DNA of 64,000 bases from a virus: IMG/VR virus record IMGVR_UViG_3300044698_000419, positions 1 through 64,000 of that record. The stretch is one strand, 5' to 3'. Every line of letters starts with the position of its first letter. Positions within the stretch are counted from its first letter, which is position 1. A model generated the notes under the pieces. It did no database searches and was not told where the DNA came from. It saw only the letters and a list, made by a program, of their open reading frames with translations. Position numbers and translations under genes: made by a program. Positions 46,833 to 54,442 of the stretch are shown here, in pieces.

Positions 46833-47332
46833 CACAACCCCTTCCGGGTGGTGGAAACGTGGGGCAGGGAGGGGTCGGTGAACTGCTCGTCCCAGCCGGG
46901 GACGATTTCCGTCTCGATGCCCTCGTCCTCCCACAACTTGATCACTGCCGGGTTGTCGTCGTGCGCCTTGATCACCCGGTACTGGAGCCGGATGCGGTCC
47001 AGGATCTCCTTCTTCACGACGTAGTCCTTGCGGAGGTCGTCGTTGGCCCGGGTCCAGATGCCGTCGAAGGGGATCTGGCAGCTCTCCAGCCACTTCCTGG
47101 TGAGCGTGCGGTACCTGGCCATGCGGGCGGTCACGATGAGCGCCGCGCGGCCCTTCCCTCTGGCCTCGTGAAGTCGTTCCACGACTTCCAGGTTGGGCGG
47201 GCAGAACGCGGAAGCCATGTGGAAGGAATGGAAGTCCCGGTTCGGCGGCGTTACGTAGTGGCGAATGCTCCGCACGTCGCACAGGGTGCCGTCGACATCA
47301 AAAAGCTCCGCTTCGGGCAACTTCTCAGTCAT
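46832..47332 (-). CDS. Polynucleotide 3'-phosphatase (T4 PNKP C-terminal HAD domain-like)
   Basis: FDVDGTL, IVTAR, T..WL, R..DD.RKDYVVK, DDNPAVIKLW. Confidence 0.85.
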   Translation of the reverse strand: MTEKLPEAELFDVDGTLCDVRSIRHYVTPPNRDFHSFHMASAFCPPNLEVVERLHEARGKGRAALIVTARMARYRTLTRKWLESCQIPFDGIWTRANDDLRKDYVVKKEILDRIRLQYRVIKAHDDNPAVIKLWEDEGIETEIVPGWDEQFTDPSLPHVSTTRKGL

Positions 47333-47843
47333 TCTGAAATCTCCTCCTGCTCCGAATTCTGCTGATAGTGGTTGTCGAGACGCCGAACTCCTTGGCGATG
47401 GATTCGTTCGTCCTGCCGTTCGCGATGCGAGTTCTGATCTCTTCCAGGGAATCGGAATCGACGCAGGCTCGCGTGTTCTTCAAGCCCTCGTCATCGGTTC
47501 CGTGGAGCTTCCTCTTCGCCCTGTTCTCGATCTTGGTTTCCCACGCCAGGTTCGAGGGGCGGTTGTCCAGGCAGTTGCCGTTCTGATGGGACGCCTCTGT
47601 CCCTTCGGGTCGGGCCCCATGAAAGGCTTCGGCCACCAGAACGTGTACCAGCCGCAACCGATACAACCCGTTCCCCAGGGGGAGGTTCACGTGTTGGTAG
47701 CCAGTACTGCCGATGCCGGGCTTGAGCGGCCTATACTCCCGCCCCCTGCTTATCCGCGTCGAGTAGATCTTGCCATCGGCGCCAGCCCAGTAGCCGTCGA
47801 ACCCCAGCAGGGGCCTCAGCTCAGCTTCGGGAAGTTCGTTCAC
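47325..47843 (-). CDS. HNH endonuclease (NUMOD4/HNH_3-like)
   Basis: VHVLVAEAFHG, SHQNGNCLDNRPSNLAW, C-terminal HTH; AT-richer. Confidence 0.88.
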   Translation of the reverse strand: MNELPEAELRPLLGFDGYWAGADGKIYSTRISRGREYRPLKPGIGSTGYQHVNLPLGNGLYRLRLVHVLVAEAFHGARPEGTEASHQNGNCLDNRPSNLAWETKIENRAKRKLHGTDDEGLKNTRACVDSDSLEEIRTRIANGRTNESIAKEFGVSTTTISRIRSRRRFQND

Positions 47844-47883
47844 GTTCGCTCCTTTCATGGTGATTCGCGAGTATTGGAAGCGC

Positions 47884-48360
47884 TCAGAACCCCATCGACT
47901 CCCAGCGCACGCCGTACAGGCCGAGCCGGGGGCTCCCCGTGAACACGAGCATGACCTTGTAGTGCGCCTTGCAGGAGCTGCACTGCTCGGACCAGCCGCC
48001 GCTCCGGGCCGCCAGGTCGGACGTGAGGTCACCGAAGTCCAGACGCCGCATGTAGAGCTGGCAGCACGGCGAGGTGGTGACCACCTTGTCCTTGCCGCTG
48101 ACGCCACCCGAGAAGACGGCGGGCCGGATCACGGCGACACCCTTGCGCAGGCTGCTGGCCTTGTAGTGCTCGCCGATCTCGTAGGTGAGGGGCGCCGACT
48201 TCCTCTGCCACACCCCGTCCTGGTTCTTCTCGAAGTCGGAGATGCACACCCACTGCCCGTTGCGCAGGAAGGTCCCGTCGTCCTCGCTAAAGCTGTCGAT
48301 CGTCGTGATCGTGTCTCGGTGGACGATGCGGTCTCCAGCCTTGGGCTCCACGTATTCCAT
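47884..48360 (-). CDS. Hypothetical protein
   Basis: ATG behind repeated SD; CC and CxxC. Confidence 0.65.
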   Translation of the reverse strand: MEYVEPKAGDRIVHRDTITTIDSFSEDDGTFLRNGQWVCISDFEKNQDGVWQRKSAPLTYEIGEHYKASSLRKGVAVIRPAVFSGGVSGKDKVVTTSPCCQLYMRRLDFGDLTSDLAARSGGWSEQCSSCKAHYKVMLVFTGSPRLGLYGVRWESMGF

Positions 48361-48361
48361 G

Positions 48362-48445
48362 CCTCTTCCTCTCCTCTTCCTCTCCTCTTCCTCTCCTCTT
48401 CCGAATGTCTTCCGAATGTCTTCCAGGTGCTTCCAGACGGCTTCC
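48362..48445. repeat. 11-bp-period tandem repeat tract
   Basis: (CCTCTTCCTCT)x3, (CTTCCGAATGT)x2; CTTCC at 48365, 48376, 48387, 48398, 48409, 48420, 48430, 48441. Confidence 0.85.
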
Positions 48446-48448
48446 AGG

Positions 48449-48817
48449 TCAGGAAGCGGTGGGCGCCGTACGGGACTTGATCTCATATTCGAGCTGGCCG
48501 TTCTCGACGAACTCCAGCGAGTCCTTCAGGTGCTTGACCGACTCTTCGCTCACGGAGGACGCCACCGGGTGCGGCAGGCCCTCCCGGAACAGGAAGTAGA
48601 TCTCGAAGGCGCGGTTGTAGCCAGGGGTCTCCCAGACTTCGAGCTGCCGACGGTGGTTCCCCACGTGACGGAAGCCGGTCGCCTCCAGGACGTCCTTGCA
48701 GTACCGGACCAGTTCGTCGTTGCCTCCGAGGACGTTCAGGACCAGCTCTTCGCTGGCCTCGTCCTCGTTGTAGTTGACCTGATCGAGCGTGAAGCTGATC
48801 GTTGTCCCTCGGTCCAT
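48449..48817 (-). CDS. Hypothetical protein
   Basis: RBS GAGGAG. Confidence 0.65.
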   Translation of the reverse strand: MDRGTTISFTLDQVNYNEDEASEELVLNVLGGNDELVRYCKDVLEATGFRHVGNHRRQLEVWETPGYNRAFEIYFLFREGLPHPVASSVSEESVKHLKDSLEFVENGQLEYEIKSRTAPTAS

Positions 48818-48827
48818 CGTCTTCTCC

Positions 48828-49028
48828 TCAGTCGTCGATCGCGGGAAAGCCGGTCTTCCTGGCGGCAACCCTGCGCCGCCAGACCCTCGCCGCCAGCCTC
48901 AGCCTCAGCTCCTTGCGTGCAAGGCCCAAGAACTGGACGGCGAAGGCGTCGGGAGCCGGAACTTCGTTCGCAACGGCCCAGTCGTAAACCTCGTCCACGG
49001 TGGGCTGATCCTTCTCAGCCACATCCAT
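48828..49028 (-). CDS. Hypothetical protein downstream of hammerhead 1
   Basis: RBS GAAGGAG. Confidence 0.6.
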   Translation of the reverse strand: MDVAEKDQPTVDEVYDWAVANEVPAPDAFAVQFLGLARKELRLRLAARVWRRRVAARKTGFPAIDD

Positions 49029-49042
49029 CTCCTTCCGAATCA

Positions 49043-49112
49043 CTGACGGCCATCGTCAGGCAGCACCTCATGCTGCGACCCCACTGGCTGTGGGGTTTCG
49101 GCCTCGGGTCAG
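49043..49112 (-). ncRNA. Hammerhead ribozyme (type II), HHR1
   Basis: CUGAC-CCGA-GGCC GAAA CCCCAC-AGCCA-GUGGGG UC GCAGCA-UGAGG-UGCUGC CUGACGA U GGCC-GUCAG; predicted cut 49077/49076. Confidence 0.9.
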
Positions 49113-49113
49113 G

Positions 49114-49329
49114 TCAGCCGCCGAGCTTCTTCAGGCCCTCCGCGATGGCGGCCAGGTAGTTCACCTGGGCGATCTGCGCCAGGGTGCCGAGGTCCAGTTC
49201 GGAGACCTCGTAGCCCTCCTCCTGGGCAGCCTTGAACTGCTCCCCGATGACCCCGTTCAGGGCGTCGGCGGTCTGCCGGGCGATCTCCAGGTAGTTCGTC
49301 GGGTCCGTGATGACGGGAATACCGGCCAT
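49114..49329 (-). CDS. 71-aa helical hypothetical protein flanked by two hammerheads
   Basis: RBS GGAAAGAGG; strong codon bias. Confidence 0.75.
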   Translation of the reverse strand: MAGIPVITDPTNYLEIARQTADALNGVIGEQFKAAQEEGYEVSELDLGTLAQIAQVNYLAAIAEGLKKLGG

Positions 49330-49356
49330 GGCTTTTCCTCTTTCCGATTCTTCTCA

Positions 49357-49426
49357 CTGACGGCCATCGTCAGGTGCGGCACCACCGCACGACGTCGCTG
49401 GCTGCGACGTTTCGGCCTCGGGTCAG
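49357..49426 (-). ncRNA. Hammerhead ribozyme (type II), HHR2
   Basis: CUGAC-CCGA-GGCC GAAA CGUCGC-AGCCA-GCGACG UC GUGCGG-UGGUG-CCGCAC CUGACGA U GGCC-GUCAG; predicted cut 49391/49390. Confidence 0.9.
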
Positions 49427-49713
49427 TTCTTCTCGTCGGCGGGCCCGTCCTCGGCGTAGTCCGGGTCCATCCAGTTCGCCGCCTGGATGGCGCCACAGGC
49501 ACCGCACTCACCGCCGTCGGCGGAGTGCTCGTGGTACTTCCCGAACTCGCGCCGGATGCGCTCCGCCCACAGGCGACGCACGGCCAGCTCGTCCTCGTGG
49601 TGGCGCAGGAGCTTGTCCAGGATCGGACCACCACCCTCGGCCTCGGTGAGACCTTGCACCACCAGCTCGGCGAGTCGCGCCGTCTCCCCCTTCTTCGGCT
49701 TCTCTCTGATCAC
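49423..49713 (-). CDS. Hypothetical protein
   Basis: GTGA coupling; stop codon lies inside HHR2 stem II. Confidence 0.6.
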   Translation of the reverse strand: MIREKPKKGETARLAELVVQGLTEAEGGGPILDKLLRHHEDELAVRRLWAERIRREFGKYHEHSADGGECGACGAIQAANWMDPDYAEDGPADEKN

Positions 49714-49997
49714 GATCCCTCTCCTTCCTCCGGCGGCAGGCTCGGGAGCCTCGGGGACAGGCGCGTGCCCAGTCCCCATCCCTGAATCCTGCGGTTCTGC
49801 TGCATGTCCTCGGCGATCATGCTGACAAGCTCACTCCGGAAGTACTCGCTCCAGAAGCGGGTGAAGTCCTCCGGGTCCTGATCGAAGTTCTCGATCATCT
49901 TCTCGGTGCTGGCGTACGCCAGCGGGATACCGAACAGCTCCAGGATGATGACCTCGTGTCCGTTCTCCTGCACCTTGCCGATGCGGATCACGTCCAT
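49710..49997 (-). CDS. Hypothetical protein (paralog pair)
   Basis: GHEVIILELFGIPLAYA. Confidence 0.65.
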   Translation of the reverse strand: MDVIRIGKVQENGHEVIILELFGIPLAYASTEKMIENFDQDPEDFTRFWSEYFRSELVSMIAEDMQQNRRIQGWGLGTRLSPRLPSLPPEEGEGS

Positions 49998-50299
49998 CAC
50001 TCGCTCCCGAAGGGACCGAGGCGGTACACCTCGCGGCCGGTCGGAGACTCGGTACGCCACTTCACGTAGTCGTGGTCGTAGCCCTCGGTCAGCGACTTGG
50101 CCAGCAGACTCCCGAGCCGGGCCGAGAAGGTCTCCTCCCAGTCCTCGGTGTCCTGGTGGCCGGACTCGAACTCGTGGGCGTCGGCGTACAGGACCGGGAT
50201 GCCCAGGATCTCCAGGACGTAGACCTCGTTGCCCTTCTGGTCCGTAGCCAGGCCGACCCGGAAGAGTCCGCGCACTTCGTTCACGTCGATCTGTGCCAT
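49997..50299 (-). CDS. Hypothetical protein (paralog pair)
   Basis: GNEVYVLEILGIPVLYA. Confidence 0.65.
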   Translation of the reverse strand: MAQIDVNEVRGLFRVGLATDQKGNEVYVLEILGIPVLYADAHEFESGHQDTEDWEETFSARLGSLLAKSLTEGYDHDYVKWRTESPTGREVYRLGPFGSE

Positions 50300-50300
50300 G

Positions 50301-50510
50301 TCATCGCCATCCCGTGGGGTAGTGGGACCCGGCCGTCAGGCTCTCGTCCAGCTTCTCGAAGTCATCGAGCAGGGCCTGCGTCTCCTGCTCGATGTTCGTT
50401 CCGTACTGCGGGTTCTCCCAGCCGTCCCGGATTTTCTTCGCCCGGTCCCTGATGTCCACCAGCAGGTCGTTCAGCGCCACCTCGTCGAGGATCGCCGGTT
50501 CCTTCGCCAT
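50301..50510 (-). CDS. Hypothetical protein
   Basis: RBS GGGGAGG. Confidence 0.65.
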   Translation of the reverse strand: MAKEPAILDEVALNDLLVDIRDRAKKIRDGWENPQYGTNIEQETQALLDDFEKLDESLTAGSHYPTGWR

Positions 50511-50521
50511 GCCCTCCCCCT

Positions 50522-50851
50522 TCAGGAGTTGTATCGGGGCGCCGTGCGCTCCAGGTAGACGCGCCAGGAACCGGGGCTCTCGCCTTCACCCTCGTTCAGG
50601 TAGGTCTGCCGACGGGCGAAGAACGCAGCCCGGATCTCGTGCGTTTCACCCAGGTACGGCTTCACGTCCGAAGGGGCGCCCCACGTGGTCACCCCGCCCA
50701 GGCAGTCGCAGATCAGGCCGCTGCCCTGGCGGGAAAGGCAATTCGAGCCGTGTTCGTCCGGGGAGATTTCCCGGAAGCCCATCTCCTTGAGGATCTGGAG
50801 CTTGGTCTCGGGGCTCAGCCCTGCGTAGTCGATGTTCACTCCGTGCTGCAT
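50522..50851 (-). CDS. Hypothetical protein
   Basis: Leader CGGAAACGGAGAAGG. Confidence 0.65.
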   Translation of the reverse strand: MQHGVNIDYAGLSPETKLQILKEMGFREISPDEHGSNCLSRQGSGLICDCLGGVTTWGAPSDVKPYLGETHEIRAAFFARRQTYLNEGEGESPGSWRVYLERTAPRYNS

Positions 50852-50870
50852 GTCCTTCTCCGTTTCCGAT

Positions 50871-51347
50871 TCAGTTCACATCGAGCAGGCCCTGACCGGC
50901 CGCGTCTCCCAGGGTCATCACCTGGCCGCCGTAGTCGACGGTGACGGGACCGTGGTCCTTCATGTCCAGGTAGCTCCCGGCCGGAACCGTGAGGCGCACA
51001 CCGGGCTCCCGGTCGACGCCCATCGACGTGGTCCCGGCGCACTGGATGGTCGTTCCCGTGCTGGCCGAGGAAACCTGGGAGAACGAGGCTCCCGGCATGA
51101 TCATCGACATGGTGCGCCGGACCGTGGACGGGTCCTCGTTGACGGCGCGGACCTTCACGCCGGTCCCGTGCCTGCCGCCGGGGCCGAGCTGGACCGTGTT
51201 GGCGCCGAGGGGCACCATCTCGGCACTCACCCGGGCGCCATGGTGGTCGACGACCTGGATGTACACCGGAAGACCGGTCACCTCGACCTCGACTGACGTG
51301 GTGCCGGTGAGCGGGTGGACGTAGGTGAGCAGGGTCTTCTTCTTCAT
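50871..51347 (-). CDS. Hypothetical beta-rich protein (paralog pair)
   Basis: LPVYI...PGVRLTVP...KD.G.V.V. Confidence 0.65.
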   Translation of the reverse strand: MKKKTLLTYVHPLTGTTSVEVEVTGLPVYIQVVDHHGARVSAEMVPLGANTVQLGPGGRHGTGVKVRAVNEDPSTVRRTMSMIMPGASFSQVSSASTGTTIQCAGTTSMGVDREPGVRLTVPAGSYLDMKDHGPVTVDYGGQVMTLGDAAGQGLLDVN

Positions 51348-51862
51348 CGCGCGATCCCCAGGATTCCCTCGGCGGCGGCGGCTTCGATGGTCATGTCCCG
51401 CCCCTCATGGAGAACGGAAACCGCTCCGACGTCCTTCAGCTCGAAGGTGCAGTACAACGGAACCGTGAGGTGCACGCCGGGACCTGACGGCAGATCCGCC
51501 TTGCCGTCCACGAAGACCCTCGCGCCGTCCCCGGTGGCGCAGTGGGTGATGCTCCCGCCCGAGACGACAGAGCCCCTTCCGGTGGACCTGATGGAGCTGC
51601 CGCCGCCGGAGATCGAAGACCCCTGCCGCAGGCCGAGGGTGTCCTTCAGGCTGTCGAGGAAGGAGGGCCTTCCGACCTTGACCTCCATGGCGACACCACG
51701 GATCCCCGTGGGTCCTACGTGGGCGGCGAGGCCACGGTCGGCCAGAATGTCGGCCTCCCGGTATTCGGCTTCGGGGGTGGCGGTGATGTAGACCGGAAGA
51801 TCCGGCGAGGTGATGACCACCCGGCCAGCCCCGGCCAGGTGGTGCCTGTGCATCAGACGCAT
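51344..51862 (-). CDS. Hypothetical beta-rich protein (paralog pair)
   Basis: LPVYI...PGVHLTVP...KD.G.V.V. Confidence 0.65.
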   Translation of the reverse strand: MRLMHRHHLAGAGRVVITSPDLPVYITATPEAEYREADILADRGLAAHVGPTGIRGVAMEVKVGRPSFLDSLKDTLGLRQGSSISGGGSSIRSTGRGSVVSGGSITHCATGDGARVFVDGKADLPSGPGVHLTVPLYCTFELKDVGAVSVLHEGRDMTIEAAAAEGILGIAR

Positions 51863-51885
51863 CGTGCTCTTCTCCGTTTCCGAGT

Positions 51886-52251
51886 TCAGTCGTTGGTTCC
51901 CAGTGCCTGTCGGCACCCGTCCGTGAAGTGCTTCTGCGCGGCGCGGGTCTTCTCGCGTGAGCCACCCATGGACTCTTCGATCGCGGCGTTGCGCAGTGCG
52001 CGCATCCTGTCGAGGAGTTCGCCGTTGCAGAAGAGCGTCGCCACGTCCATCGCCCGGTCCAGCTCGACCGCCGAGTCCACCAGTCCCTCCCCCTTGGAGG
52101 GAGGGCGACAAGCCTCGGAGACCTTCATGAGGACGTCGAGGAAGGCTTCCTTCGCCGTGTGGCTGTAGTGCGGTTCGTCCCACCCGGCCAAGCGGGGAAC
52201 CTGCGGAACGGGCTCCAGCTCCTCTTCCTTCCTCCGGCCGAACAGTCTCAT
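51886..52251 (-). CDS. Hypothetical protein
   Basis: ATGA coupling. Confidence 0.6.
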   Translation of the reverse strand: MRLFGRRKEEELEPVPQVPRLAGWDEPHYSHTAKEAFLDVLMKVSEACRPPSKGEGLVDSAVELDRAMDVATLFCNGELLDRMRALRNAAIEESMGGSREKTRAAQKHFTDGCRQALGTND

Positions 52252-52751
52252 TTGCCGGAGTCCTTGTCGCCGAGGAACGTGAGAATCAGGGGGGAGCGGA
52301 TGAAGCAGGTGTGAAGCTGGTGCAGCAGCAGAACCCCGGACGGGGAAAGATCCTCCCACCGGGCCTGCCAGTACTCACCGGTCTCCCTGGACTTCAGAGT
52401 GCGGTCGGTGGAGCCGAGGTGCACAGCGGCCACCATCTCCTGCGAGAGCGCGGCGAGGGGCAACTGAGCCCTCACGAGAGCGGCCTTACCGTGCTCACCC
52501 TTCTCGTCGAAGAGTTCACCGGCCTGTTCGAACAGCTTTTCGTCGCCCTCCAGGCTCTCCTTGGTGGACCAGAACTGCGAACCCGGCATGATCGGGCCGT
52601 CGCCGGGCCGGAGCACGGTGATCGCGGCGCCGACGGCACACTCGTCCGTCTCGTCCTGGCGGGGGAGCATGGTCAGGACGTACATGCCCGGCCCGTCCAC
52701 CTCTTCCCAGGATTCCCCAGCCTTGGGGAATTTCACCAACTGGTTTGCCAT
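52248..52751 (-). CDS. Hypothetical protein
   Basis: RBS AAGGAGAGG. Confidence 0.7.
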   Translation of the reverse strand: MANQLVKFPKAGESWEEVDGPGMYVLTMLPRQDETDECAVGAAITVLRPGDGPIMPGSQFWSTKESLEGDEKLFEQAGELFDEKGEHGKAALVRAQLPLAALSQEMVAAVHLGSTDRTLKSRETGEYWQARWEDLSPSGVLLLHQLHTCFIRSPLILTFLGDKDSGK

Positions 52752-52773
52752 TACCTCTCCTTCCGTCGCGGGA

Positions 52774-52799
52774 ATCGTATCACTGATCGGCCTAGGTCA
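52774..52799 (-). promoter_or_regulatory. Operator TGACCTAGGCCG plus -10 TACGAT
   Basis: Recurrent motif after terminator. Confidence 0.6.
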
Positions 52800-52811
52800 C
52801 GCGGAAACGCA

Positions 52812-52846
52812 ACGAGGGGCGGCCCCGGAATGGGACCGCCCCTCGT
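52812..52846. terminator. Hairpin terminator
   Basis: ACGAGGGGCGG...CCGCCCCTCGT. Confidence 0.65.
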
Positions 52847-52853
52847 GATGACG

Positions 52854-53165
52854 TCAGACCCGGAGCATCCCGCCGACGACCTCGTACTCGTGCCACAAGT
52901 ACGGCTCGCCGCTGTCGTCGTCGTCCTCGTGCAGCAGCGCGGTCAGCACCGTCCAGAGAGTTCCCTGACCGTCGTCCAGCCAATCCCCACGGTGCAGGAA
53001 CGGGCGGTGCGGCGAGTGGTGGTCCTCCTTCGGGATGACGTCGATCGAAGCGAAGGTGTCCTTCTCGATGACGTCAGTCCGCAGGATCGAGGACTTCACC
53101 ACGTCCTGAGCGGCGTCCCCGAGGTCCGCGTACTTGCGGGGAACGACGGTGACCTTGTCCAGCAT
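52854..53165 (-). CDS. Hypothetical protein
   Basis: Codon bias. Confidence 0.6.
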   Translation of the reverse strand: MLDKVTVVPRKYADLGDAAQDVVKSSILRTDVIEKDTFASIDVIPKEDHHSPHRPFLHRGDWLDDGQGTLWTVLTALLHEDDDDSGEPYLWHEYEVVGGMLRV

Positions 53166-53167
53166 GT

Positions 53168-53596
53168 TCAGGCCCCCTTCATCCACAGGTAGTCCTTGCG
53201 GAACAGCCAGATGCCGTTCGCGTTGTTGACCACGATGTGTTCGGTCTTCTGCTTCTCCAGGAAGTTGCGGACCAGGGCCTTCTTGATCTCCTCCATCAGG
53301 CCGGAGGAGAAACCCTGCTCGTCGGTGGCGTCCCAGTACTCCTCGAACTCGACCGAGACCAGCTCGCCTTCGTCGTCCCAGCGCTGGACCTTCGCGAGCA
53401 TGGCGGTGATCACCATTCGTTCGTTCAGCTCGGTGACGTCGAGGTTGTTCCGGAGGGCGAGGGCCCACAGCGCCTCGGCCGCCGCGCGGATGTCGTACTG
53501 GCTGGCGCTTCGCAGAAGCGGGTAGCGGGAGTAGTCGGAGTCGGCCGCCTTGGCGGCGAAGTCGTCGGCGAACTGGCTGCGTCCATATGCCTGCAT
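53168..53596 (-). CDS. Hypothetical protein
   Basis: RBS AGGAG. Confidence 0.65.
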   Translation of the reverse strand: MQAYGRSQFADDFAAKAADSDYSRYPLLRSASQYDIRAAAEALWALALRNNLDVTELNERMVITAMLAKVQRWDDEGELVSVEFEEYWDATDEQGFSSGLMEEIKKALVRNFLEKQKTEHIVVNNANGIWLFRKDYLWMKGA

Positions 53597-53625
53597 GTCT
53601 TCTCCTGATCCGTGGTTCAAGACGA

Positions 53626-53651
53626 AGGGGCGCCCGGCGTGGGCGCCCCTC
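53626..53651. terminator. Hairpin terminator
   Basis: AGGGGCGCCC...GGGCGCCCCT. Confidence 0.6.
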
Positions 53652-53659
53652 GATGGGAC

Positions 53660-53737
53660 TCAGCGTCCCTGCTCCTCGGCCTTGCGCGCGTCTTCCAGCG
53701 CCTTGCCGGGCTCCCGCTTGGGCAGCTTGTCAGCCAT
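53660..53737 (-). CDS. 25-aa micro-ORF MADKLPKREPGKALEDARKAEEQGR
   Basis: Own -10, operator, SD GAGGAGG and terminator; below ORF-track cutoff. Confidence 0.6.
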   Translation of the reverse strand: MADKLPKREPGKALEDARKAEEQGR

Positions 53738-53755
53738 GCCGCTTCCTCCTCTCCG

Positions 53756-53772
53756 TGACCTAGGCCAGTCTA
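53756..53772 (-). promoter_or_regulatory. -10 TAGACT plus operator TGGCCTAGGTCA
   Basis: Exact operator overlapping predicted start site. Confidence 0.65.
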
Positions 53773-53789
53773 GCGTGCTCCGGACGTGA

Positions 53790-54158
53790 TCAGAAGTGCG
53801 GGTCGAAGTACTTGTCCCGGCTGCCCAGGATCAGACCCGACCCCTTCCCGCCCTGGCCCTTCGGGACCCACCTGCCCTTCAGGTTCACGGTGTACGTGGC
53901 GATGGCGCCCTCGGTGTCCCTCCCGTACTCGTACTTCGCCGAGCCGTCCCCCGCGCTCCCCGACACCACCTTCCAGGTGTCGTGCTGGACGTCGATCTCC
54001 CGGGGCTGACCCTTGCGGGCGCCGGACTTGAACTCCCGCACGGCCACGACGGTGACCGGGTCCCGGTCGGACCAGTGGGTAACCGTCGCCCCCATCCCGA
54101 CCTCCGGGACCTTCTTCGTGGGGCCTTCGCTCAGACGGTTGACCAGCGATCCCTGCAT
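53790..54158 (-). CDS. Conserved phage hypothetical protein
   Basis: PEVGMGAT..WSDR.P.TV...G.RDKYFDPHF. Confidence 0.7.
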   Translation of the reverse strand: MQGSLVNRLSEGPTKKVPEVGMGATVTHWSDRDPVTVVAVREFKSGARKGQPREIDVQHDTWKVVSGSAGDGSAKYEYGRDTEGAIATYTVNLKGRWVPKGQGGKGSGLILGSRDKYFDPHF

Positions 54159-54442
54159 CAGATCTCCCTTTCCGGAGGAAGCTGGTTCCCGAGGTTCGGG
54201 TCACAGCGGTAGAACAGAACCGAAAACTTGGCCAGGTTGGGCTCAAGGCTCGGCTTCAGCGGGGCGTCCAGGCGGAGTTCCGCCGAAGCGGCCAGCAGGG
54301 TCTTCGCGAACCTGCCCTTCTCGTTCAGATCGTCCGAGTCGTAGAAGATCCCGCTGGCCGACGACACCCGCTCGTGACCGCCCGTCGGGTTCACCAACTG
54401 GATGGTCAGCAGGTAGAAGTACGAGATCGCGCGGCCGTTCAC
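54158..54442 (-). CDS. Hypothetical protein
   Basis: Coupled at both ends. Confidence 0.55.
   Translation of the reverse strand: MNGRAISYFYLLTIQLVNPTGGHERVSSASGIFYDSDDLNEKGRFAKTLLAASAELRLDAPLKPSLEPNLAKFSVLFYRCDPNLGNQLPPEREI

Noticed and set aside
49041-49426. CACTGACGGCCATCGTCAGG repeats as a CRISPR array or att sites
   Set aside because: Only three copies, irregular spacing (314 bp and about 7.8 kb), no cas or integrase; internal covarying stems fit a hammerhead fold.
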